A DNA stretch of 63,781 nt, filler included, from Octopus bimaculoides (GCF_001194135.2; 5 parts of 4 records of this genome joined end to end with filler, not necessarily neighbours in it); one strand, 5' to 3'. Shown: positions 24,038 through 35,665, counted from the whole stretch's first letter. Numbers and translations: made by a program. The notes: generated by a model not told the origin, from the letters alone.

Positions 24038-25451
24038 GAAAAGTCAAAAATAGGGAACAGAACTGAAACAGGGTGAAATAAGTAAGGAATGAGAAGTAGA
24101 AAATAGGAATGAAAGTAAGGGAGCAAAGCTGCAGTAGGCTGGCACCTTGGTTAGAGGACATGTATTGGAAATAGATACAAAGTAATTAAATAAATAGAAA
24201 AATAAAGTATTGACTGTAAAACCCCATCCAGGTTTTGGAGAAACACTCGAAGATGCGATAAAAAGGAGAAAAAGTAGGAGGAAAGAGGGCAGGAAGGTTC
24301 TTAATATTTTATTCTAAAACAATTTTTATTCCCTACTTTTACTTTAGCCTTCTTTTCATTCAGCACCAATGCTCCGAACCATAAAACTAAATTGCTTTGT
24401 ATGCAGTGAAGAGATGTGTTTACCGAGTACTACTAACACAAGAAAAATGGTGAAGCTCCCCAACTGAAGGGAACTGCTTTATTATGATGCAGATTTACAA
24501 CAGAACCAGTTATCCAAGACTAATCGACAGAATGCTAAAATCCACTTTCTCTCTCACCTATAGCGATATAAGTTAAGTTTTACAAACTGGAGAAATAGAA
24601 CTTTATTTATAAAGCAGAATATTCTATATTTATATTAGTGGTGGTAACACACACGTTGAGTGGAAGTGTGTGTGTCTGTGTTAGCTTTTACACATATTTG
24701 TTAATATAGTTTAATGCTAAAATTACATCCGCGTTCACACACACGCACGCGCACGCACATAAACATGCGCGCGCGCGCACATAAATACACGCACGCTCGT
24801 GTGTTTATGCACACGCACGCACACACACATACATACACGTTCTAACCCTTTCATGTATTAAGTTTGAGATTATGAAAAAGGGATACGATGATATCGAAAT
24901 AAGGTGGAAAAAACATGACTTGTGAAATGACGAGTTTACCTAACAGAATACTTAGTAAACATCTTACCAACTCTCTCCAGTCCCCAAAATAAGCAGTGAA
25001 AATCTTGATAAATTATGAAAGCATCATAAATTCTCTTTAATATTTTTAAACTGAGGGGAATAATAATAACATGGAATATTTATATAGCACGCAGAATCAT
25101 ATACGGTAAGTAATATTGCCTTTAAAGTTATTTGTTGTTTACATCCACCTTATCCCTGGTTCAACAGTCCTATGAGTAGAGACATTCTGTGACCATCTTG
25201 CTTTTGTTCAAAGTGTATCTTCGATTACATTCATGCGTCGCCGACGACTTTTTTTTAAAGTTAGTAATGTGTGATTTTATTCTTTTGTCAGACATTTTAG
25301 AGTGATTGTTGTGATACCTCACTTAATCGAATTTCCTCCTAACGATACTTAGCTTTACACATATACATACATATATGTATGTATACACATACACACACAC
25401 ACACACACACATGTAATAAATAGTAAATAATGTATGGTATATATACTCTCT

Positions 25452-25812
25452 CTTTTTACTCTTTCTCTTGTTTCAATCATTTGACTGCGGCCATGCTGGA
25501 GCACCGCCTTTTAGTCGAGCAAATCGACCCCAGGACTTATTCTTTGGAAGCCTAGTACTTATTCTATCGTTTTTTTTTGCCGAACCGCTAGATTATGGGG
25601 ACGTAAACACACCATCATCGGTTGTCAAACGATGCTGGGGGGACAAACATATACACACATACATATATATACATATATACGACGAGCTTCTTTCAGTTTC
25701 CGTCTACCAAATCTACTCACAAAGCTTTGGTCGGCCCGAGGCTATAGTAGAAGACACTTGCCTAAGGTGCCACGCAGTGGAAATGAACCCGGAACTATGT
25801 GATTGGTTAGCA

Positions 25813-25814
<2 letters not shown>
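25452..25814 (-). mobile_element. CORE-type SINE family C, head clipped at (TA)n
   Basis: Matches 55809-56215 up to TTAGCAAG, followed by (AT)n. Confidence 0.85.
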
Positions 25815-25845
<31 letters not shown>

Positions 25846-25848
<3 letters not shown>

Positions 25849-26125
25849 CTATATTAAATCTCTGAGTGAGATATAAATAGTAGCAATACGGAATCGTAAC
25901 ATATAACTGCTAACCAAGGGTGGCGTCCTATAAAGGATAGTGCTACTGACATTTATAGCCCCAGGAAGACATTTCTTCCAGCTGGCTAACGACACACATT
26001 CTGTGTCCGATTAGTATTTGCGAGGGGAGGTTATCACTCCCATCTCTAGCCTAAAGTGATACACACGGACTCGAGTTTCTAAGTGGTCACCCGTCCTCAG
26101 TGTGTGTTAATCACCAGTTAGTGAT
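25846..26125 (-). repeat. Downstream part of the ~357-bp retrozyme-like repeat
   Basis: 25846-26020 is a direct repeat of 31556-31729 (about 16 differences in ~175 bp by manual count); contains a hammerhead. Confidence 0.8.
26055..26115 (-). ncRNA. Type I hammerhead ribozyme (minimal, dimer-type stem III)
   Basis: GTGAT-TA-ACACACA CTGAGGA CGGGTGACCACTTA GAAAC TCGA GTC^CGTGTGT-ATCAC. Full core, GUC triplet, ~11-bp stem I with a 2-nt bulge, palindromic loop III. First pairs of stems I and II are mismatched. Confidence 0.75.
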
Positions 26126-26376
26126 TAATATTTTTATTATGATTATACAATCAGACACAGAGGGGGACATTACAGGACATTACAAACACACAAAAATGAT
26201 ATCTGAATTCGGATGAGTATATTTACAAATGACATTCATTTATGTACAATTAACTGACTTTGTTTTTTCCTTTTTGACACCACCTTTTTTTTTTACCTAA
26301 ATTAAAAATGAAATCAGGCAGATTCACCTGGCAGCCTGTAAGGCCCAGTGACTATCTATTTTCCTTTCATCAATGA

Positions 26377-29300
26377 TTAAGCTGGGTTACTCACACCCAC
26401 CTTTCTCATCATATCCTTCCATCTTTGCTCATATACCCTACGCGACAGGGTTTTCCACTCCAGCCCCATCTTGCTCTTCAGATGGTATCTGAAGTAATTT
26501 AGCAAACCTGGGCCAGAGATGAAGGATCCTGTCATGACACCTTCCATTCTTGTTCTCCATATGCACTCTTTCAGTACTGCAACTGTACAGAGAAAACATA
26601 CCTCACTTTCCTTTGAGAGTCTGGCTGGCGGTACCATCTTTATTATGGATCCAGCCAATAGCCGTACTCTTTCCAGATGTGGTAACAAGTGTTCCACGAA
26701 AACCATCAAGCTTGACAGCTCCCGACATTGTACAAAAGTGTGCTGGATGGTTTCATCGTCCAGCCCACATCTTGGACAAGTCGGTGGCACTGAAACTCCG
26801 TGCCTGGATAACTTTTTGAGAACAGGTAGAGCATTCCTGTAGCACTGCCAGGCTAGGCATTTTTGTAATTTTGGTAATTATCCAAATACCCCAGTCTAAC
26901 AGTCCTACTAAACAGGTTGGCGAGTTGGTTCTCGTTAAACCCCAGAGCCGCTCCTAAGACGTCATCGTTTCTAAACTCCACCAGTCCCCTATAGAACACT
27001 GAGGTGATATTCCTGCTGCCGGCTTTGCCCGCCTTTTGCCATTCAGTCAGGTTTCATCTTTTTATGAAACCAGGCTTAAATCTTACCATAGTGGTTGGTC
27101 ACTATGAAGAAACCCTCCACTAGCGGGCTCCACACCTTATCACGTTCCAGGTGGTGTCAGAAATGTCTCAGCCACAACGCATGTCTGCACATCATTAACC
27201 AAGGCATCCCTAACCCACCCTTTAATGGTTCCTGACAGCAAACAGAGCGCCTTACAAATGGCTTTCCTCCCTTCCACAAAAAGTAGAAAAGAAGTCGTTC
27301 CAACTTGTTTATCCATGAATCGGAGCAAGGGACAACAGTCAGGTGGTAGGTGATTACAGATGGTGTCCTTTCTCAACATCTGCAAGATGTCTACCTCATT
27401 CTCCTCAATGAATATAATTGCTGCATCTACCCACAACAGAGGTCTTCTGGACTAGTGCCTCCACCTTGCCTGCCACCTCACTCCAATTCTCCGTCTGGGA
27501 GTCTGGTCCAAACCAAACTCTAAGCAACTTAACAGGACCATCGGTCCAGTGCCCCATGACACTGGCCGATATCGACTTGCTCCTCCAGGTGCTGAGGTGC
27601 AAGCCGATTGACTTGTCCTTGTTAATTTTTGCTCCTGCCACCGCCTCGTATCCTCTGATAGCATCTTCTACACGAGGTACCTGTGCTTCGTTGGAGACGG
27701 TGAAGGTGACGTCGTCCACATAAGCAGAAACAGATTTATCGCCTCCGATTTCATCAGGGTTACCTCCCAACCTCTCCAACTTCCGCAGCAATGGCTCAAG
27801 AGCTAACACATACAGAAGCGGAGACAAGGAACACCCTTGACGAACTGAGTGTAACCGTTTATCTGGACTGTGGACTTGATGCCGCTGTACATAGCGGAGA
27901 TCCATCTGTGGAAGACCGGGTCCAGCCCAGCCGCTTTGATGACCGCCACCAGGTACTGATGGTCGACCCTCTCAAATGCTTTACTTTTGTCTAAATGGAC
28001 CATTGCCCCACTTTTGCTGGCTAATTTATCCACCCTGTCTAAGGTGTAGCGGTTAAGGTGAAGATTGTCCTGGATTGACCTGCCGGGTATTGCACATGTC
28101 TGTGCTTTCCCGACAAGTTTCTCCACGGCAGCCGTCAACCTTTTCACTAGTACCTTGGCCAAAATCTTTAACTCTACATTAAGTAGAGTTATGGGCTGGT
28201 AGTTACTTATATTATCCCCCTTGCTCGGGTCTTTCTGGACCAGCGTCACCACTCCCCAGCTCACAACACTGTGAATTCTCCCATTCTGTTGCCAGTTTGT
28301 ATAGACGCTGGCCAGTATATCCCCGAACAAGTCTGGCATGCTACGGTAAAACTCATAGAGCAGACCATCCAGCTCTGGCGACTTTTCCCTGGCACACTCG
28401 GCCAACAACTCTTTTACCTCTGCGGGAGAGATCAGTCCTTCACAATGCCCCACCTCACTTGCCGAGAGTTGCAGTCCACTGGCTAGGAAGTCCTTTAAAG
28501 CTTCCCCATGCTAAAGTGGACCACTCCCCCCCGAACAACTGTGCGAAATGCTGGTAGAAGACCTTCTGCATTTCCTCCTGTCCATAGATCTAGCGCCGCT
28601 GTTTGTCAGTTAAAGACTTAATGGGGGCATTTTTACTTCTCTGACACTCACTCGGCGTGCCCATCTGGCAACATTGATACCTTCTTGTTTCCCTACACGT
28701 AGCTTAGCTCTGACTCTGCAACGTTCATGCTTGGCATTGAGGTGATGGTGCAATACCGCTCTCGCCACCAGCACTCCAGGTGTAGAGCCAGACTCCACAG
28801 CCTCGTCTAGGTTTTTAACTAGTTCGCCCTCTTTTCTAGTCCTATCTAAACTTAGCTGTTTGCTAAATCTAATGAACTCTGAATGGATGGCTCTTTTGAG
28901 GGTGTGCCACCATCTATTATTAATGATGGTGCCACATAATGCCCTCTGTACTAATTCCTTAATCCGGGTACGAAAGGCTTCACAAGTCAAAATAGACTTG
29001 TTCATCTTCCAGTACCAGGGATCCTGTCTATGACATTTATCTAGATGCACCTCACACGTCACAAATTTGTGATCCGTGTAAGGTACAACAAAAAAATGTG
29101 GACAACTAAAAATATTCCTATCTCGTTGCCTAACGAATACCCTATCTAAGTACTATCTGCACAAGCCGTTGTTGTTACTCCAGGTCCACTGTGGAACGCT
29201 CGGCTCATCCAGTCAGTAATGGTCTACCAGATTAAAGCTCTCTAGTAGACCCTTGAGGCTAGGATTTCCCTTCCTATCAGTTGAGCCAACTCTATCCACT

Positions 29301-29736
29301 CGTGCATTGAGGATAGTGTTAAAGTCCTCTGATAAAACTACAGTTTTTGACGTCACTAGGTAGTGCTCCAGGTCTCAGAAAAAACCTGACTGCCTATGCT
29401 CGTTAGGAGCATAGACAACTACAAACCTGAAGGATTGCTTACTCACATACGTTACATCTAGGACGACCAGCCTACCTTCTGGGTCCAAAAAGACATTACT
29501 TACCTGTAAGTCCAAGTTCTTCCTAATAAGGACTACCACGCCCCTCCCTCTTCCTTGGCTAGGAGAAATAAATTTCTTGTAACCGTTGAGAGAGGTGAGA
29601 ATGCTTGAGGTTCGCTCATCTTGGACTCGGTTACAATGGCTACATCTATACTGTGTGCCCTGAGGTCGTTCAGGAAACAAGCTTGTTTCCATTTCGACCC
29701 CAGTCCACACACATTTATACAGCCTAACTTAATCAT
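26377..29736 (-). pseudogene. Tx1-like ORF2 (AP endonuclease, reverse transcriptase, CCHC zinc finger), frameshifted
   Basis: MIKLGCINVCGL, VVVYAPN, DFN, YLDRVF, TDHK (APE); PITLLNVELKILAK, DKSKAFERVDH, VRQGCSLSPLLY, AYVDD (RT); CPRCGLDDETIQHTFVQC. Confidence 0.9.
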
Positions 29737-29789
29737 CGATGAAAGAAAAATTAAACTTTCTACTTATGGTTGCGACAGGGTGCATGGCA

Positions 29790-31228
29790 GTTTCTGTCTG
29801 ACTGCCTCTCCCTCTCTCTCCTTAGTAGACATAGCCGCTGGGCTTTTTACCGGCATTGCCACCATGCTCTGGGTTGGTGTGGCTGCCGGAGTAATTATTA
29901 ATTTCCCATCTGCTATGTCTTGGATGATATCATTCACATCCTTTTTTTTTCAGGTGTTCTTGCAGAGTTCTGTCCATCCACCCATCATTGCACACCTTTG
30001 CATAGCGAACGTCAGACTTATTGTCTGACATTCTGCTTAAATATTCTTTCGTTTTTTGAGTCAAAAGAAATATATTTGTCTTTTTTTTTCCTTTCTGGGT
30101 TTATGGGGTAGGATTTGGTAAATTTTGTCCCCACGAACACAGTGCCAAAGGGGTAGGATTGGGGAATTTTTCATGTTGTCTGTTTGCATTGTTGTTTTTT
30201 TTTTTTGTTTGGGGAGGTGAGTCGATGGAACTGGACTTCTTCCTCATGTGCATCACTTGCGTGAACTCCATCTCACTGCTTTCCTTGTTATCGCTCTTTT
30301 GCCTTCTTGCTTCTTCTACAGTCTTTTCCGTCATTTCCTTATTTTCTGTTTCGGATTTTTCTATTTTATCTTTTTTTTTGTTTTCTCTGGCATATCTTTT
30401 GCCTTGCTTTGGGGAGGGGCTTCACTCTCATTTTTCTTCGCCGTCTTGGTGCAGGTGGAATGAATGTGGCCCTTCTACCCACATTTGAAGCACCTGGGCC
30501 TACGTCCTTCCACCAACACACGTATCGTGTGCCCCTCCTCTACAAAAATCCTATCGGGCAACTTCTCTAAAGTTTCATTGGAGGCTTGTACCACCATCTG
30601 CAGCGTCTGGCCTTTCCAATTTTGGGTGTCCTTTCTCAACATCTGCAAGATGTCTACCTCATTCTCCTAGTTGAATATAATTGCCGGTGCTACCCACAAC
30701 AGTTCGTAACCTACAGGTATTTCTCCCCCTACAATTTTGGCCATTCTGCGGCCCAGATAGGTGGGTAGCAGCATTATCTCCTTATTTTTCAGTGTTCTGG
30801 TAACTATTTCTTTTGCTACATTGGCCAACTGGAACTGTGCTTCCACAGTTGCACTACATATTCCTCAGCCAATGTAGCATATTTTGTTCCAGATAGGTGC
30901 CAAGCAGCTCTCCACTACCTCATTCTTCGCTTCTGTAATTTTTTTTTTCCTTTATACTATAAATTTTATATACTGCAGTTCTGGCATTTATTTCCACCAC
31001 CATTTCTGGCAGCGGAATTAATTTGGTTTTGCCGTCGACCTGCTTCACCATATTGCGGTAACTGAACAGTTGTTCCATTTTAAAAGTCATTTCTATTTCC
31101 TTGCCACTGACCGCGACAGAAAAACTGTTTTTTTCCTTGTTATCCTTAGATGCATCACTTTCTTTTCCCATAGCAGGGAAGTCCTTTCGAGAATCCAAAT
31201 TGAAATTCATATTTTCAGTATTTGCCAT
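29790..31228 (-). pseudogene. Tx1-like ORF1, disrupted
   Basis: Starts MANTENMN; zinc knuckle VEGRRPRCFKCG*KGHIHSTC near 30455-30510; followed by a K/E-rich linker. Confidence 0.75.
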
Positions 31229-31462
31229 AATGGCAAAAACAAAAACAACGCCCAGAACAGGGCAAAAATTAATTTTTCACAGAAGTTTTTCAACCAATAA
31301 AATATTTTTTAAACACTATTTTCGTCTCGCAGGGCGAAAATTACAGTTAACAAGGCAACAACAGTTCAAATTCAACAATAACTCAATTCAGCAATTTGTA
31401 AAATAGCATAAAACATTCCAAAAACAAACTCACATATCACGGCAATCAAAAATGCGGAGATG

Positions 31463-31729
31463 ATCACCAGCTAGTGATGAAAACTCATTCCACTCGCAAA
31501 ATACTATATGCTTTTTCCAGCGACAAACTGTCACTGATCTTGAAAAAGGAGAAATAAGCTGTATTAAATCTCTGAGCGAGATATAAACAGTAGCAATACG
31601 GAATCAAAACATATAATTGCCAACCAAGTGTGGCGTTCTATAAAGGACAATGCTACTGACGTTTATAGCCCCAGGATGACATCTCTTCCAGCTGGCTAAC
31701 GACACACATTTTGTGTCCAATTAGTATTG
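31463..31729 (-). repeat. Upstream part of the ~357-bp retrozyme-like repeat
   Basis: Homologous to 10913-11175 and 25846-26020; ends at the TSD; cut off at 31730 by a Helitron fragment. Confidence 0.8.
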
Positions 31730-31926
31730 TTTCACTTTTCACACGTAATACTGAAATAGTGTAAGAGATAAGAGATTGCTCTGGGCTCACATTAGGCAAG
31801 AGGTTGAAAAATTTTTTAACCCATGACACTGCATAGACCCTAAGTAAGGCATGTGTAAAATTTGAATGAAATCAGTTGGGTAATTCTCAAGTTTTAGTGA
31901 TGCACACATTCTCAGCTTTATATATA
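31730..31926 (-). mobile_element. Helitron 5-prime arm fragment
   Basis: Minus strand TATATATAAAGCTGAGAATGTGTGCATCACTAAAACTTGAGAATTACCCAACTGATTTCATTCAAATTTTACAC, a typical non-autonomous Helitron 5-prime pattern. Confidence 0.6.
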
Positions 31927-33346
31927 CTAGCAGACGTACCCGATGTTGCCTGGGGCGGTTTGTTTGCCTGGTCAGCATAGTCTCCCACAAAGTAGAACTA
32001 AAGAAACTGAGGCGAAGCAGCATCATGCGGCTGCAGGGAACCAATTCTATGGTAAATCTGCCCCTGCACTTTACAGGAAGGCATGATGTTGGAACCGAAG
32101 GAAGTCATTTGGAACACGCAATTGTAGGCACATATCTGCTTGAGAAAGTCATGAGAATAAGGAGACACTCCTGTCAAAAGGGGTAGAGGATCTTGCAGAA
32201 GAGGTACTGTAATCTTACCATTGGAGCAGCACATGCCGGGAGTTTCTCCAGGCCACTTTTTAGCTCCACAGCATTGGCAGATTGTGAATATGCAGCCTAT
32301 TTGAACATCAGGGTGATTACTGTAGTCAATTGTAGGATCGTAGTTGAATGCTGTCCTAAGTCAATCTGTGTGTTGTGCTGCAGTCTCTGAAGCTCGTGCA
32401 GCAGCAGTAGAGGAAACATTTCTTGTTCAGCGTGCTGAATGTTGCTCGTTGCCCTGGGTGGCTTGTTGTGCAGCAATACGTGCTAACCAATCACAATGCT
32501 GCTCTTCACTTTCCCTTCTTCACACTGAAACCATCTTAAGTGCATTGAGAGAGTCCCTCCTGGCGGCGTCCTTGGCAGATTCATTTGCACACATACGTTT
32601 ACTTTTCTTTGCAGCATTTGTTTGCCTGCCAATATTGGATCTTTTGCGTCAAGGCATGATGGAAAATTTGTAAAATGTAGTTGGCAAAAATGTTAATCAA
32701 ACAGACCGAATTAAGGATTTTTAATTATGGGTAAGAGTTTTGAAGTGGCTAGTTTAAGTTGGAATAATCATATGAAAAAGAGCGTTCACATCTAAACAGA
32801 GGCAAATTGTAACTCGCAAATGAATACTCCTGGCAGTACTGTGCAAGCAGTCGATAAGAACTCACCACAGCTGACAAAGTAAAGTAATGATTTTTCCAGC
32901 TGGGTGTGTGCTATGTTTTTTGCTGGCTTGAGCCAAATCTTAGGCAAATTGAGAGTAGTCTATTTACGTTGGGGTGCAGAATTTTGAGGAAAAAATTATA
33001 AGGAAAAGTATCCTAAGTCAAAGAGAGCACACATGTCAAATTTGGTGAAATTGGGTTGAAAATTGTAGGAGTAGAAGTGGTTCACATAGCACAGACAGAC
33101 AACTTGCCGTTTAATATATAAGGTCAAACACATACCGTTGCATAGACGTGGTAGGTTCAAATCCTAGGCGAGTTGAGGGTAGTCTATTTATGCTGGAGGC
33201 GCAGAATTTCGAGGAAAAAATTATAAGAAAAAGCATCCTAAGTCAAAGAGAGCACACATGTCAAATTTGGTGAAATTTGGTTGAAAATTGTAGGAGTAGA
33301 AGTGGTTTACACAACACACAGACAGACAACTTGCCTTTTAATATAT
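31927..33346 (-). mobile_element. Internally deleted Helitron with duplicated 5-prime terminus
   Basis: 3-prime CCCAGGCAACATCGGG hairpin then CTAG|T at 31927; ~227-bp tandem duplication of the 5-prime arm (~32935-33120 and ~33160-33346). Confidence 0.85.
32000..32657 (-). pseudogene. Helitron RepHel N-terminal region
   Basis: AFNYDPTIDY...CQCCGAKKWPGETPGMCCSNGK...YNCVFQMTSFG...KVQGQIYHRIGSL, with stop codons. Confidence 0.9.
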
Positions 33347-34143
33347 NNNNNNNNNNNNNNNNNNNNNNNNNNNNNNNNNNNNNNNNNNNNNNNNNNNNNN
33401 NNNNNNNNNNNNNNNNNNNNNNNNNNNNNNNNNNNNNNNNNNNNNNNNNNNNNNNNNNNNNNNNNNNNNNNNNNNNNNNNNNNNNNNNNNNNNNNNNNNN
33501 NNNNNNNNNNNNNNNNNNNNNNNNNNNNNNNNNNNNNNNNNNNNNNNNNNNNNNNNNNNNNNNNNNNNNNNNNNNNNNNNNNNNNNNNNNNNNNNNNNNN
33601 NNNNNNNNNNNNNNNNNNNNNNNNNNNNNNNNNNNNNNNNNNNNNNNNNNNNNNNNNNNNNNNNNNNNNNNNNNNNNNNNNNNNNNNNNNNNNNNNNNNN
33701 NNNNNNNNNNNNNNNNNNNNNNNNNNNNNNNNNNNNNNNNNNNNNNNNNNNNNNNNNNNNNNNNNNNNNNNNNNNNNNNNNNNNNNNNNNNNNNNNNNNN
33801 NNNNNNNNNNNNNNNNNNNNNNNNNNNNNNNNNNNNNNNNNNNNNNNNNNNNNNNNNNNNNNNNNNNNNNNNACATGTATATAAATATATACATGCATAT
33901 AAATATACATGTGTATATATTGTATGTATATATATATACATATATATGGGAGAATTTACAAAAAAAACAACAGACGAGGACAGGTGGTGTAAACAACAAA
34001 AGGATGTATTAGTTTAACGCTCGGGAATAGGGAAAGTTTTTAACGTTTTGAGCTACGCTCTTCAACAGAAAGAATACGGAGAAAAACACGGAGAAAAAAG
34101 AATTTGAATGTTGCGGTCAGCAATCTATCATGGTATATATATA

Positions 34144-34200
34144 CTAGCAGCTAAGCCTGGTTTCACTCAGTCTGTTTGAATGATGTGGCTGTGATCGTTT
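34144..34200 (-). mobile_element. Probable Helitron 3-prime terminus
   Basis: Minus strand CTGAGTGAAACCAGGCTTAGCTGCTAG|T: degenerate hairpin followed by CTAG. Confidence 0.45.
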
Positions 34201-35590
34201 TCGGTTAGGCATAATCTATAACAGCGTTTCTCAACCTTATCATTTCGGGTCCCCTGTTTCGATTGGAGCCTCCAGCTGTATGAAAATTTCCTGACTCCCC
34301 ACCCCTGTCAGAAAACAACTTCAGGAGTTGTGAAGAATGAATCTGTGCATAGTCTGTTTCTGCGAGCTATTCTATTGGACCTCTGTCTAATCATTAAAAC
34401 ATTAATTTAAATATGAACATAGAAAGAAATTATACATTAATCCCTATTTTTGTAAGCAGTTGTATCCATAAAAATTCTATTTGCAGAGAGCACAAATTGA
34501 AAGAAGATATATGAAATGGACGTGTGTATGTGTGTGCGCGTGTGTATGTGAGAGATAAAGAGAGATAGAGTTAGTGAGTGAAGGTGTGTGTCATGATGAT
34601 TGACGTCTTTTAAGGTACACACACATACATAGAAAATGTGAGGTCATCGTATAAAATTTTTACAATAGTTATGGAAAAGATTATGTTAAATTTTTGAAAT
34701 GCAAATATGTGAATGAAAATTAAGTTCAGACCTCTACATGATAGCTAGTCATGATAAAAATAGCAGCCAAATCTTCCTCAAAACACCCTACTGTCTTAAT
34801 CCAACAATTCAGCCTTATTATGTAGTTTGAATGAGAAACTGTAACTAAAGATTAAGATTATTAACCCCACAAAGAGGTGAAAGAAGAGAGACAGCATAGC
34901 GAAAGTTTTGGCTGACTGTCATCCTGTACTCTCCTTGTTGCTAGCAAAATGGTATATGCCGGCTGTGTGAGTAAGTGGTTGTTTTAATGGCGGAACAAAC
35001 AGGGGAATTCCATTAGAAAATTTTTTAGTCGATTTTCTCGGTAACTATGGCAGCTAGGAAAAAAATACAAACTGCATTCCAGTCTATGCACCCGTCTCCA
35101 CATGTGTGCCATTTTTCACGCGAATCCACCCAGCTGTTTGGCCGTGAACCTCAAGACAAGAAAGAATACAACGGTCGGCCAACTTCAATNNNNNNNNNNN
35201 NNNNNNNNNNNNNNNNNNNNNNNNNNNNNNNNNTTAATTAATTAANNNNNNNNNNNNNNNNNNNNNNNNNNNNNNNNNNNNNNNNNNNNATATATAACGT
35301 ACATATACTTAAGACTTAGTTGTGATCGTAATTGTGATACGCTGCTGACACAGAAAATGTGTCCTTTTGGGCATTCTATTTTCCTTGCTGGAAGGATTCC
35401 CAACCTATGGGCAAAGAGGGGTTAGATGATAGGGGTGGTGTTTTCAAAGGGCTGACATCTGTTGTTATGTCCTGTTATTATTCCTACCCTATTTGTGTAA
35501 CATTGTTCGTTTTTTTTTCCCGTCCTTGTTTTTGTATACATTCGCTGCTTTCTTCCAAGGAGTCTAATGCTCTTAGATTAGTTTTTCTTT

Positions 35591-35665
35591 GGGGCTGGCA
35601 AGATTAGAGCAATATCGAGAATAACCAGCCGAAATTGCAAGGATAATCTGGATCTCGACTGAAGA
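35591..35665 (+). ncRNA. Hammerhead-like motif in rearranged order (copies 36184-36258, 59103-59177)
   Basis: Stem III-UH-stem I, stem II-GAAA-stem III and stem I-CUGANGA segments are all present, with covarying helices; topology is non-canonical. Confidence 0.5.

Larger units (their letters stand above)
26126..31462 (-). mobile_element. Tx1/L1-clade non-LTR retrotransposon, near full length, decayed
   Basis: ORF1 with CCHC knuckle, ORF2 with APE, RT and C-terminal zinc finger; AATAAA at 26133-26138; 16-bp TSD at 26110-26125 and 31463-31478 (15/16 identical). Confidence 0.9.

Noticed and set aside
25846-31729. Reading the flanking direct repeats as LTRs of an LTR retrotransposon
   Set aside because: No TG..CA ends, PBS, integrase or protease; the element has APE-RT with its own internal TSD, and the repeat exists as an empty tandem array elsewhere.
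33261-34017. Long ORFs spanning N runs (also 774-1979, 41055-41520, 59091-59664)
   Set aside because: Open only because N codons contain no stops.
34030-34072. Hammerhead-like TTGAAGA-GCGTAG(G)CTC-GAAACGT on minus (second copy ~53438-53470)
   Set aside because: C3 is absent, stem II would consume G8/A9, stem I does not pair cleanly, and each copy has a core mutation; kept only as a possible PLE-end relic.
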